Origin: Somniosus microcephalus | Lineage: Eukaryota | Length of the DNA stretch: 64,000 nucleotides | Direction: 5' to 3' | Assembly: GCA_052327205.1 (NCBI GenBank) | Contig: CM126216.1 | Coordinates: forward strand, 69,192,001-69,256,000 | In this document: in pieces, positions 50,633-63,772 of the stretch | Layout: every line of letters starts with the position of its first letter | Position numbering within the stretch: the first letter of the stretch is position 1 | Notes under the pieces: model-generated | What the model saw: only the letters and a program-made list of their open reading frames with translations | What the model was told of the DNA's origin: nothing | Database searches by the model: none | Translations under genes and position numbers: made by a program

Positions 50633-51769
50633 GTAAGATCAATAAACCTTTAAATTAACGTTTTGTCCTTCGCACCCTTGGCTATGGAGAGGAAAGATCA
50701 ATCGGGGTTCCTGTACCTGATCACGATCCCATAATTCATGCTGGAAAATGTTTGTGGACGTTGGGTCAGATGAAAATCCGACTCGGCTGTGCTGCTCTCT
50801 GTCAAATGGCTAAGACGAAACCCATTGTCTCGGTTAAATGGCTACTTGGGTGAGGTACTGAAAGGGCCAATGCTTCTGCCTCTGAAATTGTGCCTCAGCA
50901 CAAGACACTGACTTTTAAAAAATGTTGTTCTGGGATGTGGACGACGCTGGCATTTTTGTCAATCCCTAGTTGCCTTCAGAAGGTGGTGATGGGCCCCCTT
51001 GAACTGCTGCAGTCCTTGTGGTGATAGTGCACTCACAATGGTGTTGGGTAGGGAGTTCCAGGATATTGATTCAGCAACCATAAGGAAACAGTGATAGAAG
51101 TCCAAGTTAGGATGGAGGGGAGATTGTAGGTGATGGTGTTCCAATGACATTGCTGCTCCTGAGCTTCTTGGTGGTAGAGGCTGCAGGGGTGGGAAGTACT
51201 GTCAAAGTGACTTGGTGAGTTGCTACAGTGCAACTTGTAAATCGTGTATACTGCAACCACAGTGTGCTGTTGGTGGAGGGGGTGGAGACTTGAGGCCAGT
51301 GGCATGGCGGCTGGCTGATTAAGTGAACTGCTCTGTCTTGCATGGTGGTGAGCCTCTTGTGTTGTTGTGGCTGCACCCATCCACATGAGTATTCCATCTC
51401 ATTCTTGACTTGAGGCTTTGAGGATTCAGGAGGTGTTTCAGAGAACCCTGCTGTTTAGGTGAATGGGAGAGAAAAGTGGGGGAGGGAAGAGAATGTAATT
51501 TCACTTTTCAAAGCGTTAAATATGTGATTCTGTGTGGGTGAAAATGGTTGCAAATCCTAGGATTTGAGTTCCAGCCAACACCAGTGAGAACCAAATGACT
51601 AACTGTGAGATTGTAAAGTGATCTTGGTGATCAGTTAGGCCAAATACATAATTTATGGTGTTCCAGATTAACTCCAATGGTTTTGGATTAATTCTAATGT
51701 GAAACTTGTTAAAGCTGCTGGAACATGAACTTTTGGAATAATCTAGACACAGAGCCTTAGTGTAGTTAA

Positions 51770-52481
51770 GGGGGAAAAATTCGGTAGCGCCCCGCCCCGC
51801 ATCGCCAGGGCGGTAAGTTTAGTGCCCGGCGCTAATTAGCGCCCCATACTGCGATACTGACTTTAGTGCTCTAAGAATGAAGTGGAGTGCTACCACTTCA
51901 CTTAGGGCGCTAACAGGCTGGGAGCGCCAGGCCGCTAATGAAGTTGGCGCTCAGCACTACCGGTCTCGGAGGCTCCTTCCCTGGATTAAAGGGAATGGCC
52001 CAATGCTTACTCCAGCATCAGGTAAGGCCGGGGATGGATGGGCAATGGCTCCTGTAGGCCCCAAGGAGCAGCCCCAAGCACCCAATAGAGTGCAGGGCTG
52101 CCCCATCGGTTGCATCAAAAGTGGCAAAAGGCCGTACCCGGGGCGCTAATTAAAGGTCGGCCAACCTGACAGCTGATGCCTTTAATTAGTGCCCCCCCCC
52201 CCCCGACCCGCCGGGCATTGCTGCAGTACCTGCTCCAGCAGTCGCTGTTAGCGCCCGGCAAAGGTGGAGGGCGCGCTACTCAATTTCCCGGTGGGGCGCT
52301 AACGGGACGTTGCACACCTGGATGACGTCATGATCTCTGGGCGCAGAGTTCTGAGGAACTAAGTTTTAGCGCCGGCGCTATCCACCAACTGAATTTATAG
52401 CGTGGTGCTGTTAGCGACCCGCTCGGGCACTAACAGGGCGGACCGATAATGGGAGGCACTAAGCTAGCTAATTTCTAGCCC
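51770..52481. mobile_element. Harbinger-type MITE (family B)
   Basis: TAA|GGGGGAAAAATTCGGTAGC ... AATTTCTAGCCC|TAG; GC-rich with many TAGCGCC motifs. Confidence 0.75.
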
Positions 52482-52633
52482 TAGGGGGGAAAAATTCAGT
52501 TGTTTGCGCCTCCCGTTGGCGCCTTAAGAGGGTGCCAAGTGGGGCGCAAAGCAACTAGCGCCCGGGCGCAGCGATGTTTGCGCCGCTCGCGAAATTAACT
52601 AGACATTTTGCGGTGGCACTAAACACTACCGCC

Positions 52634-54292
52634 GTATATCAAGTATATCAAGTGACATACTTGAACATATTAGCATCGAGAGGGAGGAGGTGCTAGCGGT
52701 TTTAGCAGGCCAAAAGGTGGATAAATCCCCAGGCCCGGACGAGATGTATCCCAGGCTGCTGTGGGAGGCAAAGGAGGAGATTACAGGGGCTCTGACACAA
52801 ATTCAGAACCTCTCTGGCCACAGGGGATGTACCAGAGGACTGGAGAACAGCTAATGTAGTACCATTATACAAGAAGGGTAGCAGGGAGAAACCAGGGAAT
52901 TACAGGCCAGTGAGCCTAACATCTGTGGTAGGGAAATTATTGGAAAAAATTCTGAGGGACAAAATTAGTCTCCAATTGGAGAGGCAAAGATTAATCGGGG
53001 ATAGTCAGCATGGCTTTGTCAAGGGTAAATCATGTCTGATAAATCTGATTGAATTTTTCGAGGGGGTGACTAGGGGGGTGGATGAGGGAAATGCTGTGGA
53101 TGTGGTTTACATGGACTTCAGTAAAGCTTTTGACAAAGTCCCGCATAGGAGACTGGTCAAGAAGGTAAGAGCCCATGGGATCCAGGGTGCCTTGGCGCGT
53201 TGGATCCTAAACTGGCTGAGTGGCAGGAGGCAGAGGGTGATGGTCGAAGGTTGCTTTTGTGACTGGAAGCCTGTGTCCAGTGGGGTACCTCAGGGATCGG
53301 TGCTGGGTCCCTTGTTGTTTGTGATCTACATAAATGATTTGGATGAGAATGTAAAAGGTATGATCAGTAAGTTCGCAGATGACACGAAAATTGGTGGGGT
53401 GGTAAATTGCGAGGAGGAAAGCCTCAGGCTACAGGACGATATAAACGGGTTGGTCAGATGGGCGGAAAGGTGGCAAATGGAATTTAACCCTGAAAAGTGC
53501 GAGGTGATGCATTTTGGACGGACAAATAAGGCAAGGGAATACACAATGAGTGGTAGGACCCTAGGAAGTACAGAGGGTCAGAGGGACCTTGGTGTACATG
53601 TACATAGATCCCTGAAGGCAGCGGAGCAGGTAGATAAGGTGGTTAAAAAGGCATATGGGATACTTGCCTTCATTAGCCGAGGCATAGAATATAAGAGCAG
53701 GGAGGTTATGATGGAGCTGTACAAAACGCTGGTGAGGCCACAGCTGGAGTACTGTGTGCAGTTCTGGTCGCCTCACTATAGGAAGGATGTGATTGCTTTG
53801 GAGAGGGTGCAGAGAAGATTCACCAGGATGTTACCTGGGATGGAGCGCCTCAGCTATGAAGAAAGACTAAACAGGCTGGGGTTGTTTTCCTTGGAGCAAA
53901 GAAGGCTGAGGGGGGACCTGATTGTGGTGTACAAAATGATGAGGGGCATAGATAGGGTAGATAAAGAGGAACTTTTCCCCTTAGTCGGGGGGTCAATAAC
54001 AAGGGGGCATAGATTCAGGGTAAGGGGCAGGAGATTTAGAGGGGATTTGAGGAGGAACTTTTTCACCCAGAGGGTGGTTGGAATCTGGAACTCACTGCCT
54101 GAAAGGGTGGTAGAGGCAGGAACCCTCACAACATTCAAGAAGCATTTGGATGAGCACTTGAAATGCCATTGCATACAAGGCTATGGACCAAATGCTGGAA
54201 AATGGGATTAGACTGGACAGGGATGGATGGGCGGCGCAGACTCGATGGGCCGAAGGGCCTCTTTCTGTGCTGTAAAACTCTATGACTCTATG
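52634..54292 (+). mobile_element. Young 5'-truncated CR1 LINE with 433 uninterrupted RT/C-terminal codons (52910-54211)
   Basis: MDFSKAFDKVPH, GVPQGSVLGPLLF, KFADDTK; repeated ACTCTATG tail; TSD ACTACCGCC / ACTACCACC. Confidence 0.95.
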
Positions 54293-54797
54293 ACTACCAC
54301 CACGATCTCCTGCGCCGGCAGATCGTGACGTCAGTCGAGTGCGCAACGCCCTGTTAGCGCCCTGGACCGGATATTGAGTGGCGCCCCCTGCCTTACCGCC
54401 TGCCGCTAGCAACGACAGGTTGAGGGGAGCGTTATGCTGTCAGAAAGGGACGAGGGGAGTGCTATTTAAAGGTGACCACCTCCTGCCTTTTTTTGTCGGT
54501 GACATTTTTGCACCACGCATTCAAAGAGAGAGAGAGAATTCTGGAGAGATTCAACGCTGTGTGAAGGAGTTTTGGGTACTGAGCAGCACTTTGCAGGTTG
54601 ATTTTGATTTGCCCTTCCTTGTATCGATTTAGAAGAGACTATGGGGTCTGCACTCTGAGCTCTTTCCCTGGTTCTCTCCATTGTTCTTTCTAGCAGATTT
54701 GATGTACAGGTCTCTCCAGGCTGAGATTCAGGCCGAGATTCAAGGCTGCAATGAGCAGGATGTGGATGGAGAGCAAGATCAACCCTCCCCTTTAAGA

Positions 54798-54894
54798 TAA
54801 AAACAGAAAATGCAGGAGAAACTCAGCAGGTCAAGCAGCATCTGTGAAGATAGAAACAGATTTAACGTTTCAGGTCGATGACCATTCGTCAGAA
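54798..54894 (-). mobile_element. 97-bp Penelope terminal-repeat insertion with hammerhead motif
   Basis: Homologous to ~1110-1200; perfect 13-bp TSD CTCCCCTTTAAGA (54785-54797, 54895-54907); CTGACGA...GAAAC on minus. Confidence 0.85.
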
Positions 54895-55339
54895 CTCCCC
54901 TTTAAGAATTGGACGGTGCCAGTGTGTCTGTGTTCCATTGCTGACTGACACCACATGAGCTTCACCAGCGCTGTGAGGTAGCGCCTCGCTCCTCGGCCTT
55001 CGCGCCTTGAGAGGTGTGTAGCGCCTGATTTAGCGCTCCAATCACCTGCAGGGGTGATAAAAGCCAAGTTTGCAGTCGGAGGCGATAATTAGCGCCAGGC
55101 GCTAAACTTTGCGCACCGCCAATAATGGCGCCCCAAATGGGGCGATACCGAATTTTCCCCCCAAGTGTTTTATGCTGGCATGATCCCAGCAAGGCAGTGC
55201 AATACCTTGTTTATGATCAAAGGTCACATTCAAAGGCAGTAACAAAGTATCCTATTTTATAGGAAGACGCTCGATAAGTAAAACTATGGGCATGTTGAGC
55301 TTGCAACTTCTGCCTGGCGAGGAGCTCATGGACTTCAAT

Positions 55340-56630
55340 GTCATTAAGATTGAGACTGTTCAGCTTTCCACCTTTTTCCTTGCCCACCAAGTCAAACCTC
55401 TCCCCAGGCTTCCACCACCCTAGACCTGATCCCGTATCTCTAGTTTTTCTTTTATCTCCTATCATGCCCTCTCTGAACTCATCTTGTCCATGAGACCCAC
55501 CTCCTGCTCTGCTGACTCTATTCTCACTAAATTGCTGACCTTCCTGGCCCCCATGCTAGCTGACATTGTAAATGGTTTCCACTCGGGTATTGTCCCCCTA
55601 CTTTTCAAAACTGCCGCCACCACTCCCTCTTCAGAAAACCCACCCTCGAACCCTCTGGTCTTGCAAATCGTCACCCCATGTCTAATGTCCCTTTCCTCGT
55701 CAAAGTCCTTGAATGTGTTGTCGCCTCCCAAATCTGTGCCTGTCTTTCCCGCATCTCCATGTTTGAATCCATGAGTTTCTGCCTCGCCACCGCACAGAAA
55801 CAACTTTAATCAAAGTCACAAATGACATTCTCTGTGACTGTGACCTCCTCCTCATCCTCAATCTCTCTGTGACCTTTGATACGGTCAACTATACAGTTAT
55901 CCTCCAATACCTTTCCTCCATTGTCCTACTCTGTGGGACTGCCCTCACTCACTTCCACTCTGATCGTAGCCGGAGCAGTTCCAGCAATAGCTTCTCTTCT
56001 AGCCTCCTCACTATTACCTCTGGAGTACCACAATGATATATACTTGGCCTTCTCCTGTTACTCGTCTACATGCTGCCCTTTGGTGACATCATCTGCAGAC
56101 ATGGGTTCTGCATCCATATGCGCTCAGCTCTACCTTTCTCAACCCCTCCACTGCCTCTGTAACGTTGGACTACCCATCCTTGGATGAGCAATTTCCCCCC
56201 GTTAAACACTGGGAAGACTGAAGCCATCGTCTTCGGCCCCTGTCACAAACTTCGTACCCTTGCCACTGATTCCACCCCTCACTCCCCGGCCACTATCTCT
56301 GGTTCAACCAGACTGTTTGCAACCTCCGCATCCTATTTGAACTTGAGCTGAGCTTCTGACCCCATATACTCTCCATCACAAAGGTCGTCTACTTTCATCT
56401 CCGTAACATTGTTCATCTCCGCTCCCACCTTAGCCCATCCGCTTCTGAAATGCTCATCCCCTTCCTTCACCCCAGCATTGGTGGCCTTGCCTTTTAGGCC
56501 CCAAGCTATAGAATTCTGTCCCTAAACAGCTCCACTTCTCCAGGCCCCCCTCCTCCTTTTAAGATTCGCTTTAAAACCCGGCTCTTCAGCCAATCTTTTG
56601 GTCACACCTCGTCATATCTCCTTCTTTGGA
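55340..56630 (+). mobile_element. L2 LINE fragment, decayed
   Basis: Homologous to 39715-41350 (SMRPTSCS..DSILTKLL; [13 protein letters not shown]). Confidence 0.8.
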
Positions 56631-59144
56631 CCATAATTTGGTACTAACATGGAATTATTGCGATGGTAAATGGTGTACAAAATTGAATAGTTGCCCTGTC
56701 ACTTTGTCTCTGTGTGGGCACTTCCGCCTTGGAGTCAGAAGATTGTGGGTTCAACCCCGACTCCAGAGACTTGAGCACATAATCTAAGCTGACACTTCAG
56801 TATAGCCCTGATTGGCACAGTAATCTCCCACATGGTATCTTGTCAAATGCTTTCCTAACGTCTATGCACACTCAATCCATTGCATTTCCCCCATCTACCA
56901 GAGACTTCTGTGATGTTTATCAAGCATGATCATCCATTTTGAAATCCGTGTGGATTATTTTTAATGGAAAGCACTGGGATAGAACTGATACCATTCTGGA
57001 CAGAGATTATTATAACAGCAAGCAAATGGAAAGGTGGAATTTAGTGAAAATTTTGCAGAGAATGCACTTCAGTAGAAGTTTCAAATATGTACACAATGCC
57101 TTATTAGTTTGGAGCTTGTACCCTCCCAACTGTATGTGTTATGCCATCTTAGAACTAACGCAGTTGCCCTCACCTTTGTAATCTTTCCTGACTATTTAAT
57201 AATCTATGTATAAATGCTTTTAATCATTTGATTGCCTGCTCCATACAGTCTCCAGTTAAATTAGACAGAAGAAAAGTGAGTAATTAAGAGCACAATTCTG
57301 TCTTCACTCCCTAGAGAGGAAGTCAGTTTCCCCGCAAGGTAAACTGGGCTGGGATTTCAGTTAGAAATTCCCTGCTGGTGTTTTCCGCGTAGTGCATAGT
57401 CTTGCAAGAAATGCATATACAGTATGTTGCATTAACTAATATTTCTATATTCTCCTGATAGACAACAAAAGTTGATTAAAAGAGATGAAAATGTTTTTAT
57501 TTTTTTTAACATTTGGTGCAAATGCAGTACTTTTAACTCTGCTTTTCTGTAACTTGCAACAAACTAGATAGTTCTGCTTTTTAAAGGCTTGGCCTCAAAT
57601 GTATGTTTATGAGCCAGATTTTCCAGTGCAACACTGGCTGCTTTGTGGAGACCAGTGATCTCTAGGTGAACTTCCATTGTTAAGGAACTGTGTTTTAAAA
57701 TTATGGAAAAGCGAGCATTGTTCTGATTTTTTCAACCCTATTTAATTTTGTTCAGAGAGTGCACTCTCGGTTCGTTTATACTTTCCATTGTACTAAGTAT
57801 GTCATTTACAAATACAAAGAAAGGATTATACAGTGTGGTGAACTGCAATTCTTATGGGCTTGGGTTGGGTTCCCTGAAATATAAATTTGGATCACAGGAA
57901 GTGTAATTCTTGTGACAGGGAGAGAGAATTACTTTCAGTATAAATTAAATACTCTTTGATTGCCCCCCTCAAAAATAGAGAAGAAAGGCTTTTTGAAAGG
58001 GTTGCTAAACATATTTCCTTCCTAAGGGGATATGTATTTATTTGCACTGCTGCAGGCCCAAATCCAGCCTGTGGAGATGTGCTGTGTTGGGCTACCTGAC
58101 TGACAGAGTACCCACTCTGACCTAACCATTGAGTCCCTCCTGCCAATTGACTGCTTTTGAGGAGAATCGGTATTGGCTCGTACTTTCTTCTGGATAACAG
58201 TCTTCATGCTGAAATGCACGTCAGTGGTTGGATATTGGCTGACCTAACTTGTATAGAGCCTTTTGTTTTGCAATTTCGAAGTTGAAACTGACATGCAGTA
58301 CAGTATTAGGAAGACTTGCTGATACCAGCCCTTCTCCATAGTAACTAGTCAGACAGTGAGCCAGCTGATATCTCTGCTATGCCACGTTTTATCCAGCGAC
58401 TAGGAAAAGCATAGTAGTGACCTAGGGAGAAATTACTAAGGCATTAATAGCACACTTTTATGACTTAAACATTGCAATGGAAACCTGAATTGTGAACCTC
58501 TTCTCTGCAATTTGTAGTTGGTCTTAACCTCCAATAAGTTAGTTGAGCAACCCTTTAACTTCTGGGCATCTTTGCAAAGGTTACTAATGCAGGACTTCCT
58601 ATGCACCAACACTCATCCTACTTTTATCTTGTCAGCGCAGGAAGGGGCTCTCATTTTATAGTAGAGCATTGTTGAGAAAATCTCCAGCTCATTGTGGTCA
58701 CCTCATGTATGATCATCACCAGTTGGGCTTTTCGCTGTCTAACAGAATCACAGATGATAATTTGCACAGGTAAATCGCAGAAGTCACCTGACGCTTACTG
58801 AGATTATTAGAGGTTAAAGCCAACTACAAATAGCAGAAATTAGGTCCACAATCATTGGGCCCAATTCAGTTTTAGAGAATGTTGAAAATGTTTACATCTT
58901 CTGTGAGAATCGAAGGTCTCTGGTTGGAACAGCCAGCATCCTCCCCCAACCACAGAAGCAAAATTTACTCAAACGCCTACCTCACACCCACAGAGACTAG
59001 CTTCTCCTTGCCAACGCTGCTTCTTGCTCTCTCCTTCCTCTTCCTCTCTCTCCCCTACCTTCTCTCCTTTCTCCTCCTCCCTCCCCATCTCCCCACCCCT
59101 CCTCCTCTCTCTCCTCCTTCCCTCTCCCTTCCTCTCCATCTGCC

Positions 59145-62100
59145 TCCTCTGCCCTCCCGCCTTGGATCAACTATCTCCCTGCCCTCCCACCTTGGTCAAC
59201 TACCTCCCTGCCCTCCCGCCTTGGTCAACTATCTCCCTGCCCTCCCGCCTTGGATCAACTATCTCCCTGCCCTCCCACCTTGGATCAACTATCTCCCTGC
59301 CCTCCCACCTTGGATCAACTATCTCCCTGCCCTCCCGCCTTGGTCAACTATCTCCCTGCCCTCCCGCCTTGGATCAACTATCTCCCTGCCCTCCCGCCTT
59401 GGATCAACTATCTCCCTGCCCTCCCGCCTTGGATCAACTATCTCCCTGCCCTCCCGCCTTGGATCAACTATCTCCCTGCCCTCCCGCCTTGGATCAACTA
59501 TCTCCCTGCCCTCCCGCCTTGGATCAACTATCTCCCTGCCCTCCCGCCTTGGATCAACTATCTCCCTGCCCCCCCCGCCTTGGATCAACTATCTCCCTGC
59601 CCTCCCGCCTTGGTCAACTATCTCCCTGTCCTCCCGCCTTGGATCAACTATCTCCCTGCCCCCCCCCGCCTTGGTCAACTATCTCCCTGCCCTCCCGCCT
59701 TGGATCAACTATCTCCCTGCCCCCCCCGCCTTGGATCAACTATCTCCCTGCCCTCCCGCCTTGGTCAACTATCTCCCTGTCCTCCCGCCTTGGATCAACT
59801 ATCTCCCTGCCCCCCCCCGGCCTTGGATCAACTATCTCCCTGCACCCCCGCCTTGGATCAACTATCTCCCTGCCCTCCCGCCTTGGATCAAATATCTCCC
59901 TGCCCTCCCGCCTTGGATCAACTATCTCCCTGCCCTCCCGCTTTGGATCAACTATCTCCCTGCCCTCCCACCTTGGATCAATGATCTCCCTGCCCTCCCG
60001 CCTTGGATCAAATATCTCCCTGCCCTCCCGCCTTGGATCAACTATCTCCCTGCCCTCCCGCTTTGGATCAACTATCCCCCTGCCCTCCCGCCTTGGATCA
60101 ATGATCTCCCTGCCCTCCCGCCTTGGATCAACTATCTCCCTGCCCCCCCGGCCTTGGATCAACTATCTCCCTGCCCTCCCGCCTTGGATCAACTATCTCC
60201 CTGCCCCCCCGCCTTGGTCAACTATCTCCCTGCCCTCCCGCCTTGGATCAACTATCTCCCTGCCCCCCCCCCCCCCCCAACCTTGGATCAACTATCTCCC
60301 TGCCCCCCCACCTTGGATCAACTATCTCCCTGCCCTCCCGCCTTGGATCAACTATCTCCCTGCCCTCCCACCTTGGAACAACTATCTCCCTGCCCTCCCG
60401 CCTTGGATCAACTATCTCCCTGCCCTCCCGCCTTGGATCAACTATCTCCCTGCCCTCCCGCCTTGGATCAACTATCTCCCTGCCCTCCCGCCTTGGATCA
60501 ACTATCTCCCTGCCCCCCCGGCCTTGGATCAACTATCTCCCTGCCCTCCCGCCTTGGTCAACTATCTCCCTGCCCTCCCGCCTTGGATCAACTATCTCCC
60601 TGCCCTCCCGCCTTGGATCAACTATCTCCCTGCCCTCCCCCCTTGGATCAACTATCTCCCTGCCCTCCCGCCTTGGATCAACTATCTCCCTGCGCCCCCC
60701 CCCCCCCGCCTTGGATCAACTATCTCCCTGCCCTCCCGCCTTGGATCAACTATCTCCCTGCCCTCCCGCCTTGGATCAACTATCTCCCTGCCCTCCCGCC
60801 TTGGATCAACTATCTCCCTGCCCTCCCGCCTTGGATCAACTATCTCCCTGCCCTCCCGCCTTGGATCAACTATCTCCCTGCCCTCCCGCCTTGGATCAAC
60901 TATCTCCCTGCCCTCCCGCCTTGGTCAACTATCTCCCTGCCCCCCCCGCCTTGGATCAACTATCTCCCTGCCCTCCCGCCTTGGTCAACTATCTCCCTGT
61001 CCTCCCGCCTTGGATCAACTATCTCCCTGCCCCCCCCCGCCTTGGTCAACTATCTCCCTGCCCTCCCGCCTTGGATCAACTATCTCCCTGCACCCCCTGC
61101 CTTGGATCAACTATCTCCCTGCCCCCCCCGCCTTGGATCAACTATCTCCCTGCCCTCCCGCCTTGGTCAACTATCTCCCTGTCCTCCCGCCTTGGATCAA
61201 CTATCTCCCTGCCCCCCCCCGGCCTTGGATCAACTATCTCCCTGCACCCCCGCCTTGGATCAACTATCTCCCTGCCCTCCCGCCTTGGATCAAATATCTC
61301 CCTGCCCTCCCGCCTTGGATCAACTATCTCCCTGCCCTCCCGCCTTGGATCAACTATCTCCCTGCCCTCCCGCCTTGGATCAACTATCTCCCTGCCCTCC
61401 CGCTTTGGATCAACTATCTCCCTGCCCTCCCGCCTTGGATCAATGATCTCCCTGCCCTCCCGCCTTGGATCAACTATCTCCCTGCACCCCCGCCTTGGAT
61501 CAACTATCTCCCTGCCCTCCCGCCTTGGATCAAATATCTCCCTGCCCTCCCGCCTTGGATCAACTATCTCCCTGCCCCCCCCGCCTTGGATCAACTATCT
61601 CCCTGCCCTCCCGCCTTGGATCAACTATCTCCCTGCCCTCCCGCTTTGGATCAACTATCTCCCTGCCCTCCCGCCTTGGATCAATGATCTCCCTGCCCTC
61701 CCGCCTTGGATCAACTATCTCCCTGCCCTCCCGCCTTGGATCAACTATCTCCCTGCCCCCCCGCCTTGGTCAACTATCTCCCTGCCCTCCCGCCTTGGAT
61801 CAACTATCTCCCTGCCCCCCCCCCCCCCCAACCTTGGATCAACTATCTCCCTGCCCCCCCACCTTGGATCAACTATCTCCCTGCCCTCCCGCCTTGGATC
61901 AACTATCTCCCTGCCCTCCCACCTTGGATCAACTATCTCCCTGCCCCCCCGCCTTGGATCAACTATCTCCCTGCCCTCCCACCTTGGATCAACTATCTCC
62001 CTGCCCTCCCGCCTTGGATCAACTATCTCCCTGCCCTCCCGCCTTGGATCAACTATCTCCCTGCCCCCCCGGCCTTGGATCACTATCTCCCTGCCCCCCC

Positions 62101-62256
62101 CCCGCCTTGGATCAACTATCTCCCTGCACCCCCCCCGGCCTTGGATCAACTATCTCCCTGCACCCCCGCCTTGGATCAACTATCTCCCTGCCCTCCCGCC
62201 TTGGATCAACTATCTCCCTGCCCTCCCGCCTTGGATCAACTATCTCCCTGCCCTCC
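59145..62256. repeat. 30-bp minisatellite, roughly 100 copies
   Basis: Unit CCTTGGATCAACTATCTCCCTGCCCTCCCG with 29-bp and C-run variants; preceded by a pyrimidine tract at ~59020-59145. Confidence 0.98.
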
Positions 62257-62443
62257 AACAGTGATTGACCTGAAAAGTGCTTGCGGTCTACACTGTGTGT
62301 ACCACCACAGGAGATCAAATACTTCTAGAAATAGAAATAGTTATTCCATTTATGTATGCTGTTTGGATATTAAATCAAGCCATTAATTAGAATTTTTGTG
62401 GACATTACTGTGCTAATACGATGTTCCTGTTCTCACTACTCAG

Positions 62444-62671
62444 ATTGAATATTTTCTCCAGAAACTGACTGAAGCAATGGGAGTTAATTGGCAGCAAGAA
62501 CAATTTGAAGAATACAGAGCTCATCTTGGTGCCAGGCGGTGTGGCCTTTCTGTGTGGGAGTTCATCGAACTGGTTGGTTCTGGGCTGTTCTCTAGGGGGA
62601 TGAACAGACAAACGTTGTCCATGGCAATCAATGAAGTTTACTGTGAACTCATCCTAGATGTGATGAAGCAG
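62444..62671 (+). CDS. SWAP70: SWAP70 coding exon 4 ([13 protein letters not shown]...ELILDVMKQ)
   Basis: cag|ATT GAA TAT...AAG CAG|gtagga; 228 nt. The gene continues beyond the window. Confidence 0.96.
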
Positions 62672-63522
62672 GTAGGAGCAGTTTAGATGTCTGAAATAAA
62701 TATGGGCTAATCCTGCTGCGAGGTTTTTTCTTTCTCCCCCCCCCCCCCGCCCCCTGTTTCCCCACAGTCTCTCTCACTTGGATGATCCTGATTTCCAGAG
62801 TGGAATGTCGAATGAGTGGATGCAGAAAAATGTGCAAAGAAATGTCTTTTTTTTTTTATCTTCGCTGTGCCACCCAAAGGCTTAGCAAGTAAATATACTC
62901 TGGTCATGGGGACCAGCAATGCATTTTTTTGTAAGTGTTTTGTAGTCATGTCGTGTGAAGCACCAGTGAAGTGGTGCAATGCAGGTTCAGTTTCTCCAAC
63001 TTATGCTGAGTTCCTGATCTACAGGGTTACACTTGTGACAGCTCGCTAAGAGTGGCATTGGCAGTGATCTCTGATCTAGCTGCCCACTGCACCTTCTTGG
63101 ACACTGGAGGATTGTGGCCCAGATGGGGAATTTAAAAGGAGAAAACGGAGTTAAGATACACCACCACCCACCCCGCAAAAGAAAATAGTGCTCCTGTTGA
63201 ACCATTTCATGGCACAGGTTGAAGAGGAGGGAGATTTTGTTTATATTTGTTACCGTATGGGGAAAAAAACTCACAAGCCTAAATTAGATTGGTCTGTCCA
63301 TCGTCTTCACTCTGCTCCATTACTGATTTCTTTGCTACTGTTCACTTCAATAGTTTTTCATGTCTGCTGAAATGCCCTGTGCCAAGCCTCCTATGTGTTT
63401 AAAAGCAAGGTAAATACTTACTTGGAAAAATAAAATGTTAAGCCTCAATAATTGGGACAATTTCAGGGGAATATTCGATCCTTAAAAAACAGGGCAAATT
63501 TGAAGAAAATTAATAAAAATAG

Positions 63523-63772
63523 TGATGTAAGAAAACTACTAGGCACTTGGTCTAAGCGTTAAACAAAGCTTTAATCAACTGTTTTACAACATGGAGGTCT
63601 AGTTGTGTCCTTCACTAGTTCCTGTTAAGAATGTTCTGTGCAAGCTGGGCCCGTGCCCGAGTATTTATACTCTCCCTGGACAGCGCCACCCGCAGGCTGC
63701 TCAGTAGTATTTCATAAGTCTTTCTTTCATGAATGACTGATTCATGTCAAATAGTTTTTATTTTGAACATCA
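63523..63772 (-). mobile_element. Possible solo LTR
   Basis: TGATGT...ACATCA inverted termini; TATAAAT and ATTAAA in order on minus; no clean TSD. Confidence 0.45.

Larger units (their letters stand above)
52485..55162 (-). mobile_element. Harbinger-type family A copy 3, split by CR1 and Penelope insertions
   Basis: 52485-52633 plus 54293-55162 is the reverse complement of 26030-26927; both TIRs present. Confidence 0.88.

Noticed and set aside
59145-62256. CRISPR-like array
   Set aside because: Units are directly tandem with no unique spacers, the context is eukaryotic, and there are no cas genes.
58879-62386. Very long Pro-rich ORFs (855, 887, 713 aa)
   Set aside because: They are translations of a 30-bp stop-free repeat, open in all three + frames, inside a SWAP70 intron; no independent sign of coding.
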